Shown piece by piece: positions 50,489 through 63,205 of a stretch of DNA of 64,000 nucleotides. The first letter of the stretch is position 1. Each line of letters starts with the position of its first letter. The stretch lies in assembly GCA_028534125.1 (NCBI GenBank), contig CM052817.1, forward strand, positions 72,480,001 through 72,544,000, in the 5' to 3' direction. A program made the position numbers and the translations under genes. The DNA is from Lama glama (Eukaryota). The notes under the pieces were generated by a model. The model did no database searches and was not told the origin of the DNA. It saw only the letters and a list, made by a program, of their open reading frames with translations.

Positions 50489-50887
50489 TGTGGCAGAGAA
50501 AAACATGTCCCTTTTGCTTTTTCTCTTGAACATAGAGCCACACTACATTTTCAAGACTCATTTCTGTTAGGTGGAACCACATGACCAAGTTCTGACCAAT
50601 GGAATATGTATGCCACTCCAGGCCTAACCAATAAAGCCTCTCACCGGCAAACTTCCATGCTTTCTTTGTTTCCTTGGAGGTGACTCCAAGACCTTAGGTG
50701 ATATTAGAGCCACATTAGGAGGAAGTCTTAGTCCCTGAAAATCACTTGGAGGAAAGCCACCAGAAAAAGTTCCTAACTGGGAACACTGAGGCTAGACTGT
50801 TAGAAGAGAGAAAAATATGTTTTGTTTTATGAAGAGACTAAAATTTTGGTATAGTTTGATATAGCAATTAGCCAACCCTAACATAGA
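50489..50887 (+). mobile_element. MaLR solo LTR (MLT1J-like)
   Basis: 'cactacattttcaagactc...ccacatgaccaagttctgaccaatggaat...gtccctgaaaatcacttggaggaaagccacc...atagcaattagccaaccctaac'. Confidence 0.75.
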
Positions 50888-51529
50888 CATAGCAGTAAGT
50901 CATACTATTTCCCTTGTAACTTGCATATATAGCCCACACAGAAGTCTGCATGAAAGGATTAAATTCATAAATCTGGATTAGGCCAGCTGAGAGGCAATGA
51001 ACAAACCTACAGCAAATGAACAAACTTTTTGCATGAGATTCACTTTGGTTAAGAGTAAAAATGTTTGTGAGCCATATTTTTTTTTTTTACAGAGAAATTA
51101 CATTTGCTGAATTACATGGGGAAATTGCTTATCTTTAAAAGTTATATTACATTTATTAGAAAAGTGTCACTGAGAAAACTGAGAAGATTAATATTAAAGT
51201 CTTACTGCCTAAAATTACTTGAGCAGTAACAATACGAAAACAGTTCTTATCTTTCATTCTACTATTTGATAGCAGCTTATAGTTTGCTAAAATAATTCAC
51301 ATCGATTATTTCATTTTATCATTAAGAGATATCAGCCCCATTTTCTTGCCATAAGGATACTAAAAGTTAAAATGATACCTTTAAATCTACACAGCCAGTA
51401 CTGCAGAGCTGAGACAAGAATTAACCCATCCAAACAATGTTATAATTTGACTATTCTGTGTCAGAGACTCTCCTAGTGCCAGACATTATGTTGAAGGTAC
51501 ACAGATGAATAAGAGGTGGTCCCACCTAA

Positions 51530-51955
51530 GCTGTCCTGCCCCAAGATTATGTCATCTCTTCTTTATTTGAGCCACAGAAGATAGAGATGGTTACATATCT
51601 GAGTGGCATCTGTTCCACTGTTTTACAGGGAGGGCCTGTTGACTGCTCAGAAACTTTGGAAGAATCCTATTAACCAGAGGCTCTAGCTTGGGGCAATTCT
51701 CAACACCCTTCTCCTCATATGCCTCCCACCTGCTGGCCTCCATCTAGCCCTCCCATTCCCAATCACCAGCTTTCCAGAGAAGCCTGTGCTCTAGTTTATC
51801 TCCCAAGAGAGCTTTTTTCCTGTGCCTGAGGTGATAGCCTGAAATGCTGCTCCACTTGTTCTTTCTACTTTGAGCTGAAAGACGGGGTAAATAGACCCTA
51901 CACGTTGGACTCTCAATGGCCCCTAAGATTTCGAGATGCTTTCAGTGTCTTACAA
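51530..51955 (-). mobile_element. Probable ancient LTR relic, family not identified
   Basis: Locally GC-richer block ending in '...tcttaca' (TG start on minus strand) with 'tttatt' (antisense AATAAA) near 51563; weak. Confidence 0.35.
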
Positions 51956-52069
51956 AAGCTTGCCTCAGTGCCTCTGACCCTACTGGATGAATCACACATA
52001 CATTACACAGGCTATCTTATTTGTGTTTTATACACAAGGATTATTTAATAGGCAAAGATTCTAATCATT

Positions 52070-52270
52070 ATAGTTAGTCGTGTTCTATAATTTTAAATGC
52101 ATTGTGTCAAATCAATGAGATGAATACTCCTAGAAATCCTGACTTACAGATGAGAAGATTTAGGCTTAGAGAAGTAAGAAAACTGGCCAAGGTCACACAG
52201 CTGGTCAGTGGAAAGGGCTGACACTAAAAGCCCTTTCTTTCCAAAGTCAGAGTCCTTGCTCTTAACTAGT
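52070..52270 (-). mobile_element. MIR SINE
   Basis: 'ttacagatgagaagatttaggcttagagaagtaagaaaactggccaaggtcacacagctgg'. Confidence 0.8.
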
Positions 52271-53332
52271 CTTGGATTTGTTACATTATCTCCTCTTTGA
52301 AACAATGGCACTCAATCAAAAGAAATTCTAAGGTTTGAATTTATGGAAAAAATAAGCAGAAGGCTATAAAAGAGTTCCTTACCTTTAACATAATTCTGGT
52401 GTTGTGCATAGCCATCTGTCTGCATGTCTTCCTGAAAGTAAATGGTATAAACTCGTATTTGTAGTCCATAGTAACTATCATAAATTGATATTATTTGATG
52501 CAAACTACTTATATTTTTCTTGTTTAGGGAGATAAGACTAGAGAGAGACACATCTGTGCTTGTCTGGGCACTTGTGACTGCCTTGTGAAATTTATATGAA
52601 AAATTCTTTATATTTTACAATACTTTTCAAACTTCATGGTTCTTAATATATTATAAATTGTAGGACAGGAATTTAATCTTACTACTATATTTCTCACTAC
52701 TTTTAGCTCTTTCTAACAGTTAAAATACCAATTGATTAAGAATTAAGACAAAATACATGAAATTTTGTAATAATGATCACAATCAACTTTAAATAAAGGT
52801 TTATATTGATGTATATATAAAGTAAGTACAGATTATCCATACGGGGAATTAGTAACCATGGTTAAGTAATTTTCCCAAAAACAAACTAATTGTGAGCAAG
52901 CAAAAATAAAACTCACTCTGTCATGAGAGTTTGCCTTGTAAGCTTTCCACATCCACTTTCCATACCTTTGAAAGTGATGGGAACGGTTTGTTTTGTTTTG
53001 TTTTGTTTTCCAAAAATGTCCATTAGAGTTAACTCTGATAGGAAGTATTCAGTTTAGTATTTTGAATATATTATTTGTAGAAAAAGTTCTGAAAGGAATA
53101 TTGTTTTATGAACAAAAGGAACCATCTCATGAAGGAATCTCTGATATTAAGCATGAAGAAGTGGCATAGCGGACACAGAAACACAACTAAATACAACAGG
53201 TATTAGACAAGTTAATGAGAAAAACTTAGAGTCACCATAAATTAAGCCAAAAATAAACGGGGAGGTGTAGAGTCAAAGCATTTATCTTCATCCAATCTAA
53301 CATCATCCAAAGGATTTGAAAGCAGAATTTTA

Positions 53333-53550
53333 AGAGCTAACTTGATTGAATTACTTCCTATGTGCTGAGCATAGTTTTAAATGCTTTACTTGTATTGATT
53401 CATTTAATTCCAAATGACCCTAAAGGTTATTGTCCCTCTTTTTCCAGATGAGGCAACTGAGGTACAAAATGCTTTTTAAAAATTCCCAAGTCCAACAGCT
53501 AAACCAGGATTTAAGCCCAGGTCTGACTTCAGAGTTATTGATCTTATCAT
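53333..53550 (-). mobile_element. MIR SINE
   Basis: 'agctaacttgattgaattacttcctatgtgctgagc...cagatgaggcaactgagg...caggatttaagcccaggtctgacttcagag'. Confidence 0.8.
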
Positions 53551-54074
53551 TATGATTTTATCATATAATTATAATTAAGTGTTTATTACTGAAGTTTTCC
53601 ATCTCAAAAGTTCTGCTAAATTTAAAAACACTGTAATATGCTTAAAAACCCAAATTATGCTGTAGCAATCCACATATATTATGTCTCAGAAAAGCATCCA
53701 TACTGACTCTTCTGAGGCTGTAAGTCATGATTTTCTTCTGACAACATCATAAACTCCATCTGGAATCTGAAAATAAAGCTGCTCTTTGCCTCTTGCATTG
53801 TCATTAGTCACACAGATTTTCTGGTTGGAACTTGGCGGTAGGACAAGGTGGAAAGCTCCACAGTCTACGTGAGAGAGACATCTCTGGAGGGGAAAGGCCT
53901 AGATGACTGTAGTCATGTTAACTCTTTCCAAAACTGTTTTTTCTCTTGGTTAATATTTTTGCTTTGAAATCTTGTCCCACATCCAGTGCCAAGTGGAAGG
54001 ACCATTAATATCTATGCCAATGACTTCTCCTATACCACTCACAGTCTACCTCCCACATACCTCTTTGGTTTCTG

Positions 54075-54290
54075 ACTGCTCAAGTTTGAATCTTGGCCCT
54101 TCCACTTACTAGCATGAGCAAAGGATTTAATTTTCTTCTATAACAGATTCCTTATCTATAATATACAGGGAAAAAAATAGTCAATACATGATAGGATTAT
54201 TATAAGGATCAAGTGAGGTAAGACATGTAAGAAGCTTAGAGTAGTTTCCAGCATTTAGCAAGTGCTTACTCAATAAATATTAAATACAAG
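54075..54290 (+). mobile_element. MIR SINE
   Basis: 'gtttgaatcttggcccttccacttactagc...ataggattattataaggatcaagtgaggtaagacatgtaag...caataaatatt'. Confidence 0.8.
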
Positions 54291-54904
54291 TTTTCAAGTG
54301 GAAAGAGCCAAGATTTGTAGTCTAATAATAAATTCCCATTGATTAATACTAAACATTTCAAGCAACTTTTAAGAAATGTGAGATGTGTTCTAGTTCTGTC
54401 ATACTAATGAAGAAACTGATGTTCAGAGCACTTAATTGTCAGGACATAGGACCTGGGGCACCATGAATATAGAGTCCCATAAACTACTGAGAACTGTATA
54501 GACCAATTGTGGGTTGTTTCCAAAGTATGATTTTTCTCTTGTGATGAGAGGTAAGTACTATATCTCAAGTTATCCACATTTTGAAGATAATTTGATATTT
54601 CTCCTCCCTCAGGTAATATTATCCTCCATACAGGTTGTTCCCTTCTTTTTGGATCTATAAATATAAGTCCTAGCACCATCAATGTCATCTAGAAAATATT
54701 TATAGAGGCTTGGGCTTAGGGTGATGTTTGAAGTACTAAGAGAGAAACTGCTTCCAGCTACAGCCAGGGAACAGATTAATGCAGTATCTGAATTTGGCTG
54801 ACCGAAAAGCACAGTCTTCTCAGATTCTTCAATGTAAGTTGTTTTATAGGTTCAAATAACCTCGCAGCAATGTACAGAACATCATTTATGAAATCTTGTA
54901 GTAG

Positions 54905-55062
54905 AAGTTCAAATCTTGAAATCACCTCTTACTACTTAGCCACGTATCTTTGGGAAAATTATTTAACATCCTTGAGCTGCAATTTCTTTTTCAACAAACC
55001 ATACCTCATAGGACGATTAAATATAAGCGTGTGTTTAAAGCACATATTATAGAGCCTGGCAG
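54905..55062 (+). mobile_element. MIR SINE
   Basis: 'gttcaaatcttg...tcttactacttagccacgtatctttgggaaaattatttaacatccttgagctgcaatttc'. Confidence 0.7.
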
Positions 55063-58000
55063 ATGGCAGCCACTGGAATTTGAGTTGATTTGAGTATTAA
55101 ATAGCAGGTTGAAGAGGGGGCCTTTAAACATCCCAAACATGAGATTCTTTAAGTCTATGAATCTTTGAATCCTGACACACAGCTCTCTCTCTAAACACAA
55201 AATGTACGCCTACCTTGTGCAATTCAAAATCCCTACCCTACGCATGATAAATAGAATCATCCAGCTGTGGTCAGTAAATTATAAAAAAAAAAAATCACTT
55301 AGTACTTTGTGCTGAAAGAGGTAAAGAGGTTATCCCAGACACCATTTTTGCCAAATATTATGCTCACTACCATATTAAATCTATCCTTTCTAAGGTATTC
55401 ATGCAAGTGAAACACCCAAACCTATTTCAGTGATAATGAAAATCAGAGGACACACCAATAGCAACAAAACAGCTCTCTTTACGAAAATACATTTTCTAAC
55501 ATAATCAAATTAATCCAAGGACCTTGGGTATAATGGAAAATTTACATACATGGGTTAATACAGCCTTCCTGTTAATAAATTTAATGGGCCCAAATGGGTA
55601 GGAGGGGAGAAGGGATGGAGAAATAGTTTGTCAAGGTGCAGAGAAAATTCCCTGGGATTCTATTTGTATTATTTAAACACCTAATGGTCAACGGGGTTAC
55701 ATCTTTGATCCAAAACCCTTTATGAAGTGTAATAGAAATAGAAAGACACAGAACATGCTACAGTCTATGAGAATGAAATGTAGGCATTTTCTCCTTATTT
55801 GTTTGCTCTGGAAATTGAAAAATCATTTCAGCCGGGAAGGCTAAACAGGAAGATGGGATTTGCTATCAGGAAAACTGTTAAGCACTAATCAATTTCTTCT
55901 TGAATTATTTCCTGGTAATAGCAGCTGCTTAATGGGCTTACTGCTGGCATTGTGGAACATTACATAAAAGACGGGAAAAAATAATCTTTCCTGATCCATT
56001 TGCTGACATGATTAGCGTTAAGTTACTAGCAATCTGATGCTCCTCATTTTAGCTTAAATATATTACTAATTCTCCACAGACACAGCAATCTTAAACTTTC
56101 TGTCTTGACCAACTTCACATCATAAACATTATGAAAAAGTAAGAAGGAAAAGAAGAGGGGAAGGGACTGTGCAAGACGTAAAAGGAAAAGAAAGGAAATT
56201 GAGGGGAAGAAAGTGTTGATATTGAACTGAAGAAACTTGCTGATGAGAGCATCACTGAACAATATTTCATTACAAACCTTTTATATTATTTTGTATCTTA
56301 CCTTTGAATATTTCTTTGACTCATATCAAGACCCTTTCATTTCCATTTTCCAAAACCATCTTATTCACCCAAAGGCTAAGATATAAGGATGCTTTGTCTC
56401 TCCTTTCATTCTTTACTTCTATTAATCCTTCTTTGTTCTTTCACACTATTGTTCCTTAAGTTATCATAAGAGTGACTATGAGTCTGAACACAAAAAGACT
56501 AGTATTCAAGACATGGGTTCTGGTTGTGATTATCTTGTGTTCCTTTCTATGAATGGAGATAACCTTCATAAACATGACAATTTCCTTCTTCATAAATAAT
56601 GGCTGCCAGAAGTAGATATGTCTGGAACATAAGGAAAGATTCTCATGAGATGATTGATCTAAAATTCCTTTTAAGAATATAAAGAATTTTATAAATGTAA
56701 TAAAGTATATTAAGAAAATATCTCACCAAACAACCATGCACCAATGAGATAAGCAGATTCTTGACTTCCCTGATTTTATTTAGATTCCTAACATTTGAGT
56801 CCATTGAGGTTATATTCAAAGCTTACTCTTCTGGAAAATATCATAGGATTTTTAAAATATGGCTACAAAGAGCCAAAGAAGACTTGAGTCTCTAGAGAAA
56901 AGATCTACAGATTGAATGCCGCATAGAAAACAATTTATTCACCTTATGAAGATGAAAGGATGAAAAGACCCTGAAGGGTAATAAAACTTACCCATTTTGG
57001 AGGCCTCAAGAAGCTGTCTTATCAGGCTTGGTAGTTGGAAAGTATCTGTAATCTCAAAGAAAATTCTAAATAGTGTCCCAGGGAAATGTCTAAATAGATT
57101 TTTTAAAATCCACTATTTTTTATTATCGCTCTACAACTTTACTTGAGAAAAATTTCTTCAAAATTACAATGTCATTATTTTTACAGTTTTGTTCTGCGTT
57201 AAAACAACCAAAAGATCTTAATAATTTAAGTATAGTTACATTGTACGAAAGTTCCTAAGTCATTTTGTAAGAACAAGATGATTTTTATACTTGCAATATT
57301 TGAGCCTAATTAACTTCAAACTCTTACAGTTTTGTTTCAGAAAACCTCTCTCAGTGAGTATGGCTAAATCAATAGGCAACTATTTGGCAGTTAGGTATAC
57401 ATAACTTGTTAGATCATGAAATGGAACTAAATCATAAAGATTAAATGTAAAAAAGAATGATATAGCAACCATAAAGAAAAAAAAAAGAAGAGTAAAGGAA
57501 AGTGATCAAAGTGAAAGAGAAATGGGGAAATAGTTGGTAAGAATCTGAGAAACAAAGATTGCAGAGATTGACCAAGAATTAGGCCAAGTAAGTGATTTAT
57601 CTCTGTCCATAGACATGTGTCATCATAGAATTTAAGCTCGACTTCAATAAGCAATTTTGACATCTCCCTCCACATAGCCAAACACTCTACTTGCTGTAGT
57701 TTACTCCATCTGTGAGAAGAATAAATAAAATTATTTGACAACCCACATATACATTTGCCCATCCTTAGGTCTCAAGGTTGACATCTGTGAGATGGGTGCA
57801 ATGCATTCCAGACTTTCTCAATAGAAACCAGGGTACAGTAATATACTGATGGGAAGTTTTTGACACCCAAAAAAAAACTTTATTGTAAAGGAATATTGGC
57901 TCCCAATAAAGAGCTAGCAGTGGTCAAATTTTGTGACTTTTGGGGACTTAATATTAAAAAAACAAGGTGTGTAATCTGAATTTGGAGGGCTATCAAAAGC

Positions 58001-58191
58001 CCACTGGGCAAAGACCATGCCCATTTAGAAGCTGTGAAGAATATATATTTACATAAATCTTACTTTGGCAATGTATTATTGATATTCAGAATTATAATCA
58101 GAACCAGCTTAACTCTTGCCAGTCAATGTCAGAAGCTATGGGCTAGGAATGTGGAAGGGGAGGGTGTTGGGGGCAGGGTGATGGAGACTAA

Positions 58192-58460
58192 ACAGATATT
58201 CTCCAAAGTCTATTTTGTGGGACACAAAACTAGATAGACAGTCTCTCTTTGCAAAATATCTCTTTGATCAAATAAGTTTAGGAAACACTGTGTGTATAGA
58301 AATATATAAAACCTCCTTGGAGATTAAAATTTCATATTAGCATATAGTAAGTACACACACACCCCAATACACATAGTAAAAGTTCTGAAAACTCCTCCAA
58401 AGCATAGCATTTCCCAAACATTTCTATCTGCTTATTTCATTGGCATATTTGGAAACACTG
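58192..58460. mobile_element. hAT-Charlie MITE (MER112/MER117-like)
   Basis: 'aaataagtttaggaaacactg', 'gcatttcccaaac' and terminal 'tttggaaacactg' Charlie TIR-like motifs. Confidence 0.6.
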
Positions 58461-58524
58461 CTGTTGAAGAATGTGGTTTGATCTGTCGGAACCAATTAAT
58501 ACTTTGTGTAAACAAAATGGAGGA

Positions 58525-58812
58525 AAGGGTACAAGCTTTCAGCTGTAAGATGAATAAGGTCTGAGAATCCAGTGCAAAACATGGTGACTCTGGTTGATAA
58601 CACTATTGTATAATCGAAATATTTGCTAAGAGAGTAGAGCTTACATGTTCTCACCAAAAATAAAAAGATAAATATGTAAGGTCATGGATGTGTTGATTAA
58701 TTAGATGGGGAATCCTTTCACAACGTATACATATATCAGATCACCACAATGTATACTTTAAATATCCCACAATTTTATTTAACAATTATACCTCAGTAAA
58801 GCTGGAAAAGAA
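58525..58812 (+). mobile_element. L1 3'UTR (L1MA9-derived type)
   Basis: 'gggtacaagctttcagctgtaagatgaataag...tttgctaagagagtagagctt...tatactttaaatatc...ttatacctcagtaaagctggaaaa'. Confidence 0.88.
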
Positions 58813-58958
58813 GGCAAAGGAATATGGAGTGTCCAGGTAAGAAATCACCTTAATAGAGGAGAGCTCTTCATATATTTCAGCCCTAATATTGCAAATGTAA
58901 ATGCCTGAAACAGTCTGCACGCTAAGGACTTTCTAACTGCCTTTTGTGTCTCCTCACT

Positions 58959-59112
58959 GAGTGGCCCTCAATCCTGTCTGCACATTAGAATTGCCTGGGG
59001 AGCTTTTAAAACAAAAAGAGAGTCTGACTTAATTGATTTGGGCTGGAACCTGAGCACCAGCATTGATGAAAGTTCTCATGTGACTCCAGTGCTGTCAGGT
59101 TGAGAATCACAA
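58959..59112. mobile_element. MER5A-type hAT-Charlie relic
   Basis: 'ctcaatcctgtctgcacattagaattgcctggggagcttttaaaa...ctgacttaattgatttggg...ggttgagaatcac'. Confidence 0.8.
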
Positions 59113-61719
59113 TAGCAAAAATTTTTGTGAAATCCATTTTGAGACCAATGAAAATGTTTAGTTTACAACTAAAGGCTTTTGATCAGCCCAGCAGGCTGTG
59201 CATGGCCTTTCGTAAAATGTATCTGTAATTGAGCTGGCTTCGAAATCCTCTCATTCAATGCTAGCTCACCGTCAGCCTCGTTCTCTGCCCTCCTATTCTG
59301 TTTCGTTTGGCTTTAATGCATTAACCCTCTTGTTATGCTCCCTCTGGTTTCCTCCCCCACCACCATCCTCTCCTGCCTTTTAGAAAAGACTTTTCATGTT
59401 ACCCCCTCTCCTAGCTGTGAGGAATCACTCACAGATGAAAACAGCTTTGGTGGTCATGCAGCTGAGGATAATTGGATTTAGTATCACCAACCATCTAAAT
59501 GCATGAAGGCCAATATAAGCTGCCTCCTTCTCAGCTTCAGTAGGAAGCCAAAAATAGGAGCAATTATCATGGCAGAAAATCTCACACTGTTGCACAGGGA
59601 GCAAGTGGCCCCTCCTACCCTCACCGCACCTACAACCTTTTATAGGCAATTCGCTTTCCTCCTAAATGGACACTGAGGTGGTGCATAATAGCCCAATTTT
59701 CTGTGTTTATGTACACAGATTATTTGTTTTAAATATACAAAGTTTGCACCAGCTTTCTTTTATTATTGTTATCAAAGGGTAGCTTACTTTTTTCTCCATG
59801 CAACAACTGTATTTAATGAAATTGTGAATTTGAGTGTCGACTCCCAACAACAGGAAGTGTGGAACTGGTGTTTATCTCTCCCCTTTTTTCTCTGTTTTTT
59901 TTTTTGTGGAGAGGGTGGTGGGCAGGCAAGCCAGGCAGGGTGTGTGCACTACCGGTGTAGGAGGCAATCTTTAGAGAATAATTTTTCACTTTTCCCAAAT
60001 AGTTCTGCAAACATGAAGCACCGAAAAAAAAACAAAAACAAAAGCTAATATCTATTAAATGCATATGTGAGAAGGAGGAATTGAAGGGACATGAGGAAGG
60101 GGAGAGGGTGAAGACTGAAAGGAGGAGAGGGAGAGGACAGGACGACACTGGATAAAATGCTGAGGGCTCAGTTGCCTTTATCTAAAATTCTGTTAGTAAA
60201 TAACTTTGCAAGTGCTCTTTTCTTATTCTTGAAGCCTAGACACTGACAATTTTCCTCAAATCCCAATCTAGTGATTTATTTAAAAGTGCTTCTTTCCAGA
60301 AAATCCACAAAATGGAGTCAAATAGTCTCTTCTCTACTCCCACCATCAATTTTTGTTATCTGCACCAGCAAGGGAGTGATGTTTATGCTTTTTTTTTTTT
60401 ACTGTCTTGACTATGTAAAGAAGAAATCTGTTTTTTATCAAGCACTCGTTGACTTTTTTAAATATATCATAGTATAAAACATCAAAATATATAAACTGAG
60501 ATAACTTCTTCAAATGAGAAAATCATCTGTATATGGGAAAAATAATCATCTTGCCAGACTGAACCCCCAAATCTAAGGAGCTGAAAGTATACAATCATCT
60601 ATTCTCACATCTCAAAACTAACAGGACTAACTGACATATTTCAGAACAGGCTCTCAAGAGTCTCTTGAATTTCTGAGCCAGCAGAAAGAACTCATGCTAG
60701 TTTTCTACACCTCTTTCACAAATTGACGGGGCATTAGTTCCTTTCTATGTATTCACATCAGGTTGCCCACACCGTGTTTTTGATCATTCTTCTCTCATTT
60801 AGTACTTTGTTCAGTGGGCATGCAGAACCACTTTATGTATCCAAGAAAATTCTACCAAACACCCTATCATGACAAGTCAAATGAGAAGAGGTTCTGAAAC
60901 CAAGGCTTCATTGTTCCCCGCAGACACGGAGAGAAATCCAGTCCTCAGTGGGAGGGACCCTGGGTAAAGCTGTGGAAGGTCTCAGCCTCCTTAGGCACCA
61001 CTCCCCACCACTGCAAATTACATGAATTAGATGTTTTACTCCTTTTAAGACTTGGGCAGTTTAAGTACCTATTTTAGTGAATTGATGCAATGTAGCAGAG
61101 CTAATGTAGGGAATGACTATAATGTCATTTGGAGCAGAGCAACATTTGAAAGAGCACCACACGAGACCACACCCAAATGATTGGCTGGCCATGATTTTGA
61201 TTCTCACAGAATCCTGACCTAGAACTCCTGTGTGTGTCAATCAAATAGACTCCATCTTCCCACGCTTCCTCAAAAGAAATAATAAGCATAATATCTCCTC
61301 CCTTTATTTTCCCCCTTCCTTCTAACTGGTCTTCACCAGGTTATAAGGAATTCAGTAACTCAAGGCCTCTTATCCATCATCTTTACTGCATTTGAGAAGC
61401 ATGGCTTTGAGGGAAAGAAAACAGACCACACTCCATTAATCTCCTCATTTTTCTTTGCTCAGAAATGATGATGACAGCATACCAAATGAAACTCCTACAA
61501 TGCAATCTTCTACTTGAATCAAGTCAAGGTGTCCAGATATCACCACATCAGCCCTTCACCAGCCCCGTTCCTGTGAACAGTTCATGCTCCATCATTTGAG
61601 AGAGCAACGGACCTGCTGACAACATAGTATCCCCCATGAAGTCATGTTTACTGGCCAGACTGCAAGAGACCAAGTTATAGAGGCTCTAAAATAGATTAAG
61701 AAATATTAATATCAAGAAA

Positions 61720-62390
61720 TATTAACCCATTGAAGCCTCCTGGTTAGGGAAGTAAATAGATGAAACTTGCTTTTAATTGAATAACTTGGGAGTCACATGT
61801 AAATTATGACAAAATGGAAGATACTAGTATAAGAGACAAGAACCACAGAATTTATAGCATTACGGATATAAATGAAAATGTAGGATGAAGAAAGCAGAAG
61901 AGAGGGTAAATTAGGATAACTTTAAGAGAAAAATACTTTGAGAAATTAGGATATGATTGGATCTAAATAATAAAAGACACAAATACTTCTAAATTGACTG
62001 CAAAAAGAAGACCTTGAAGTTTGAGAGAATTTTGCTACCAGAAAGAGAGAAGTTTAAAAGAACTATTTGCTAGGGAGATGAATTTGGTTTTGGACTTACT
62101 GAGTTCAAAGTAAAGGCAAGATATACAAATAAATAAATCCAACAGGTGCCTGGTGACTCTGAAGTGACACCTTGATGAGAAGGCAGGGCTAGAGGTAGGC
62201 ATGGAGGAGATAAAACACAGAGGTGACATATAAAGCTGTAAGTGGGTGAGATGTCCCAAGAGTGAGTACAGAGAGAGATTCAAAGGGTAGAAATGCCAGA
62301 GAAGGAGGAAAAGGGGAATGTGGATGCAATGAAAGATAAGACTGCAGGATTAGGCAGGTCAGAAGAGAGGCTCACAAGGAAAGGTAGATG
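61720..62390 (-). mobile_element. L2 fragment
   Basis: 'gatgaatttggttttggacttactgagttcaaagt...ccaacaggtgcctgg...gagaaggcagggctagaggtagg' antisense L2. Confidence 0.7.
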
Positions 62391-62399
62391 AGATGTGGG

Positions 62400-62836
62400 C
62401 AGAGCAGCAGCATGGAGGTTACCAAACCTAGATTTTTGTTCTGGGTCTGCTGTTACTAACTCTCACAAACCTTCTCTGAACAAAATTCTTAGTATGTAAA
62501 ATAAGGGATTAACATGAGATCAGCATTTCCCACAAGTTGTTCTATGTAAGATTTTAAATCCTACACAAACCTATGTATCCAGTGTCCAAATATACTTGGG
62601 GAATGCCTATTTAAAACACTATTATAGCAGGATTTATCATAAGTTTTACAATACTGATATGCATCATGAATCTCCAAGATGGAAGATACAGTTAGCAATG
62701 TTACCTAAGTTATTTGACAAAAGAATGTCTGTGTATAGCAGTAGCATCTCAAAGGATAGTGTCAATGGAACTATGGAAAATATTAGCCTAGAAGATTTCT
62801 AACGACCCTCCCAGTTTCAGAATTTTACAACTCTAT
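62400..62836 (+). mobile_element. MIR (MIR3-like) split by a hAT-Charlie MITE at about 62521-62786
   Basis: MIR 'gttctgggtctgctgttactaac...tgtaaaataagggatt' resumes as 'ctagaagatttctaacgaccctcccagtttcagaattttac'; the insert starts 'cagcatttccca'. Confidence 0.6.
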
Positions 62837-63081
62837 CAGACACATAATCTGATTCTTAAAAAACTTTATCTATTTAACAATAATAAAGACAGAGTAATGT
62901 CAATGCCATCATTAATGTTGTCTTTAAATCCAGAAATGTACATTTATCATTCAAAACTCAGTTTCTGATCCATATTTATCATTGGTACTCTACACTGTCA
63001 AAAATGACATGTTAATATAGTTTTCCAAAATAATTGTTTTCACAAATTTGTGGCTTACTTATCAAAACAAAAGATTTTCGT

Positions 63082-63205
63082 TAGGTAGGTGATAGATGTG
63101 TTAACCAACTTTACTGTGGTAGTCATTTCACAAGTATGTCAAATAATTATGTTGTATACCTTAACCTTACATAATGCTCTATGTCAACAGTATCTCAACT
63201 AAGCC
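63082..63205 (+). mobile_element. Old L1 3' end fragment (L1MB/MC-like)
   Basis: 'ggtgatagatgtgttaaccaactttactgtggtagtcatttcacaa...tatgttgtataccttaaccttac...tatgtcaacagtatctcaa'. Confidence 0.8.

Noticed and set aside
61440..61680. Exon-like GC-richer block with acceptors on both strands
   Set aside because: All frames stop within 45 codons, no good donor, and no recognisable product.
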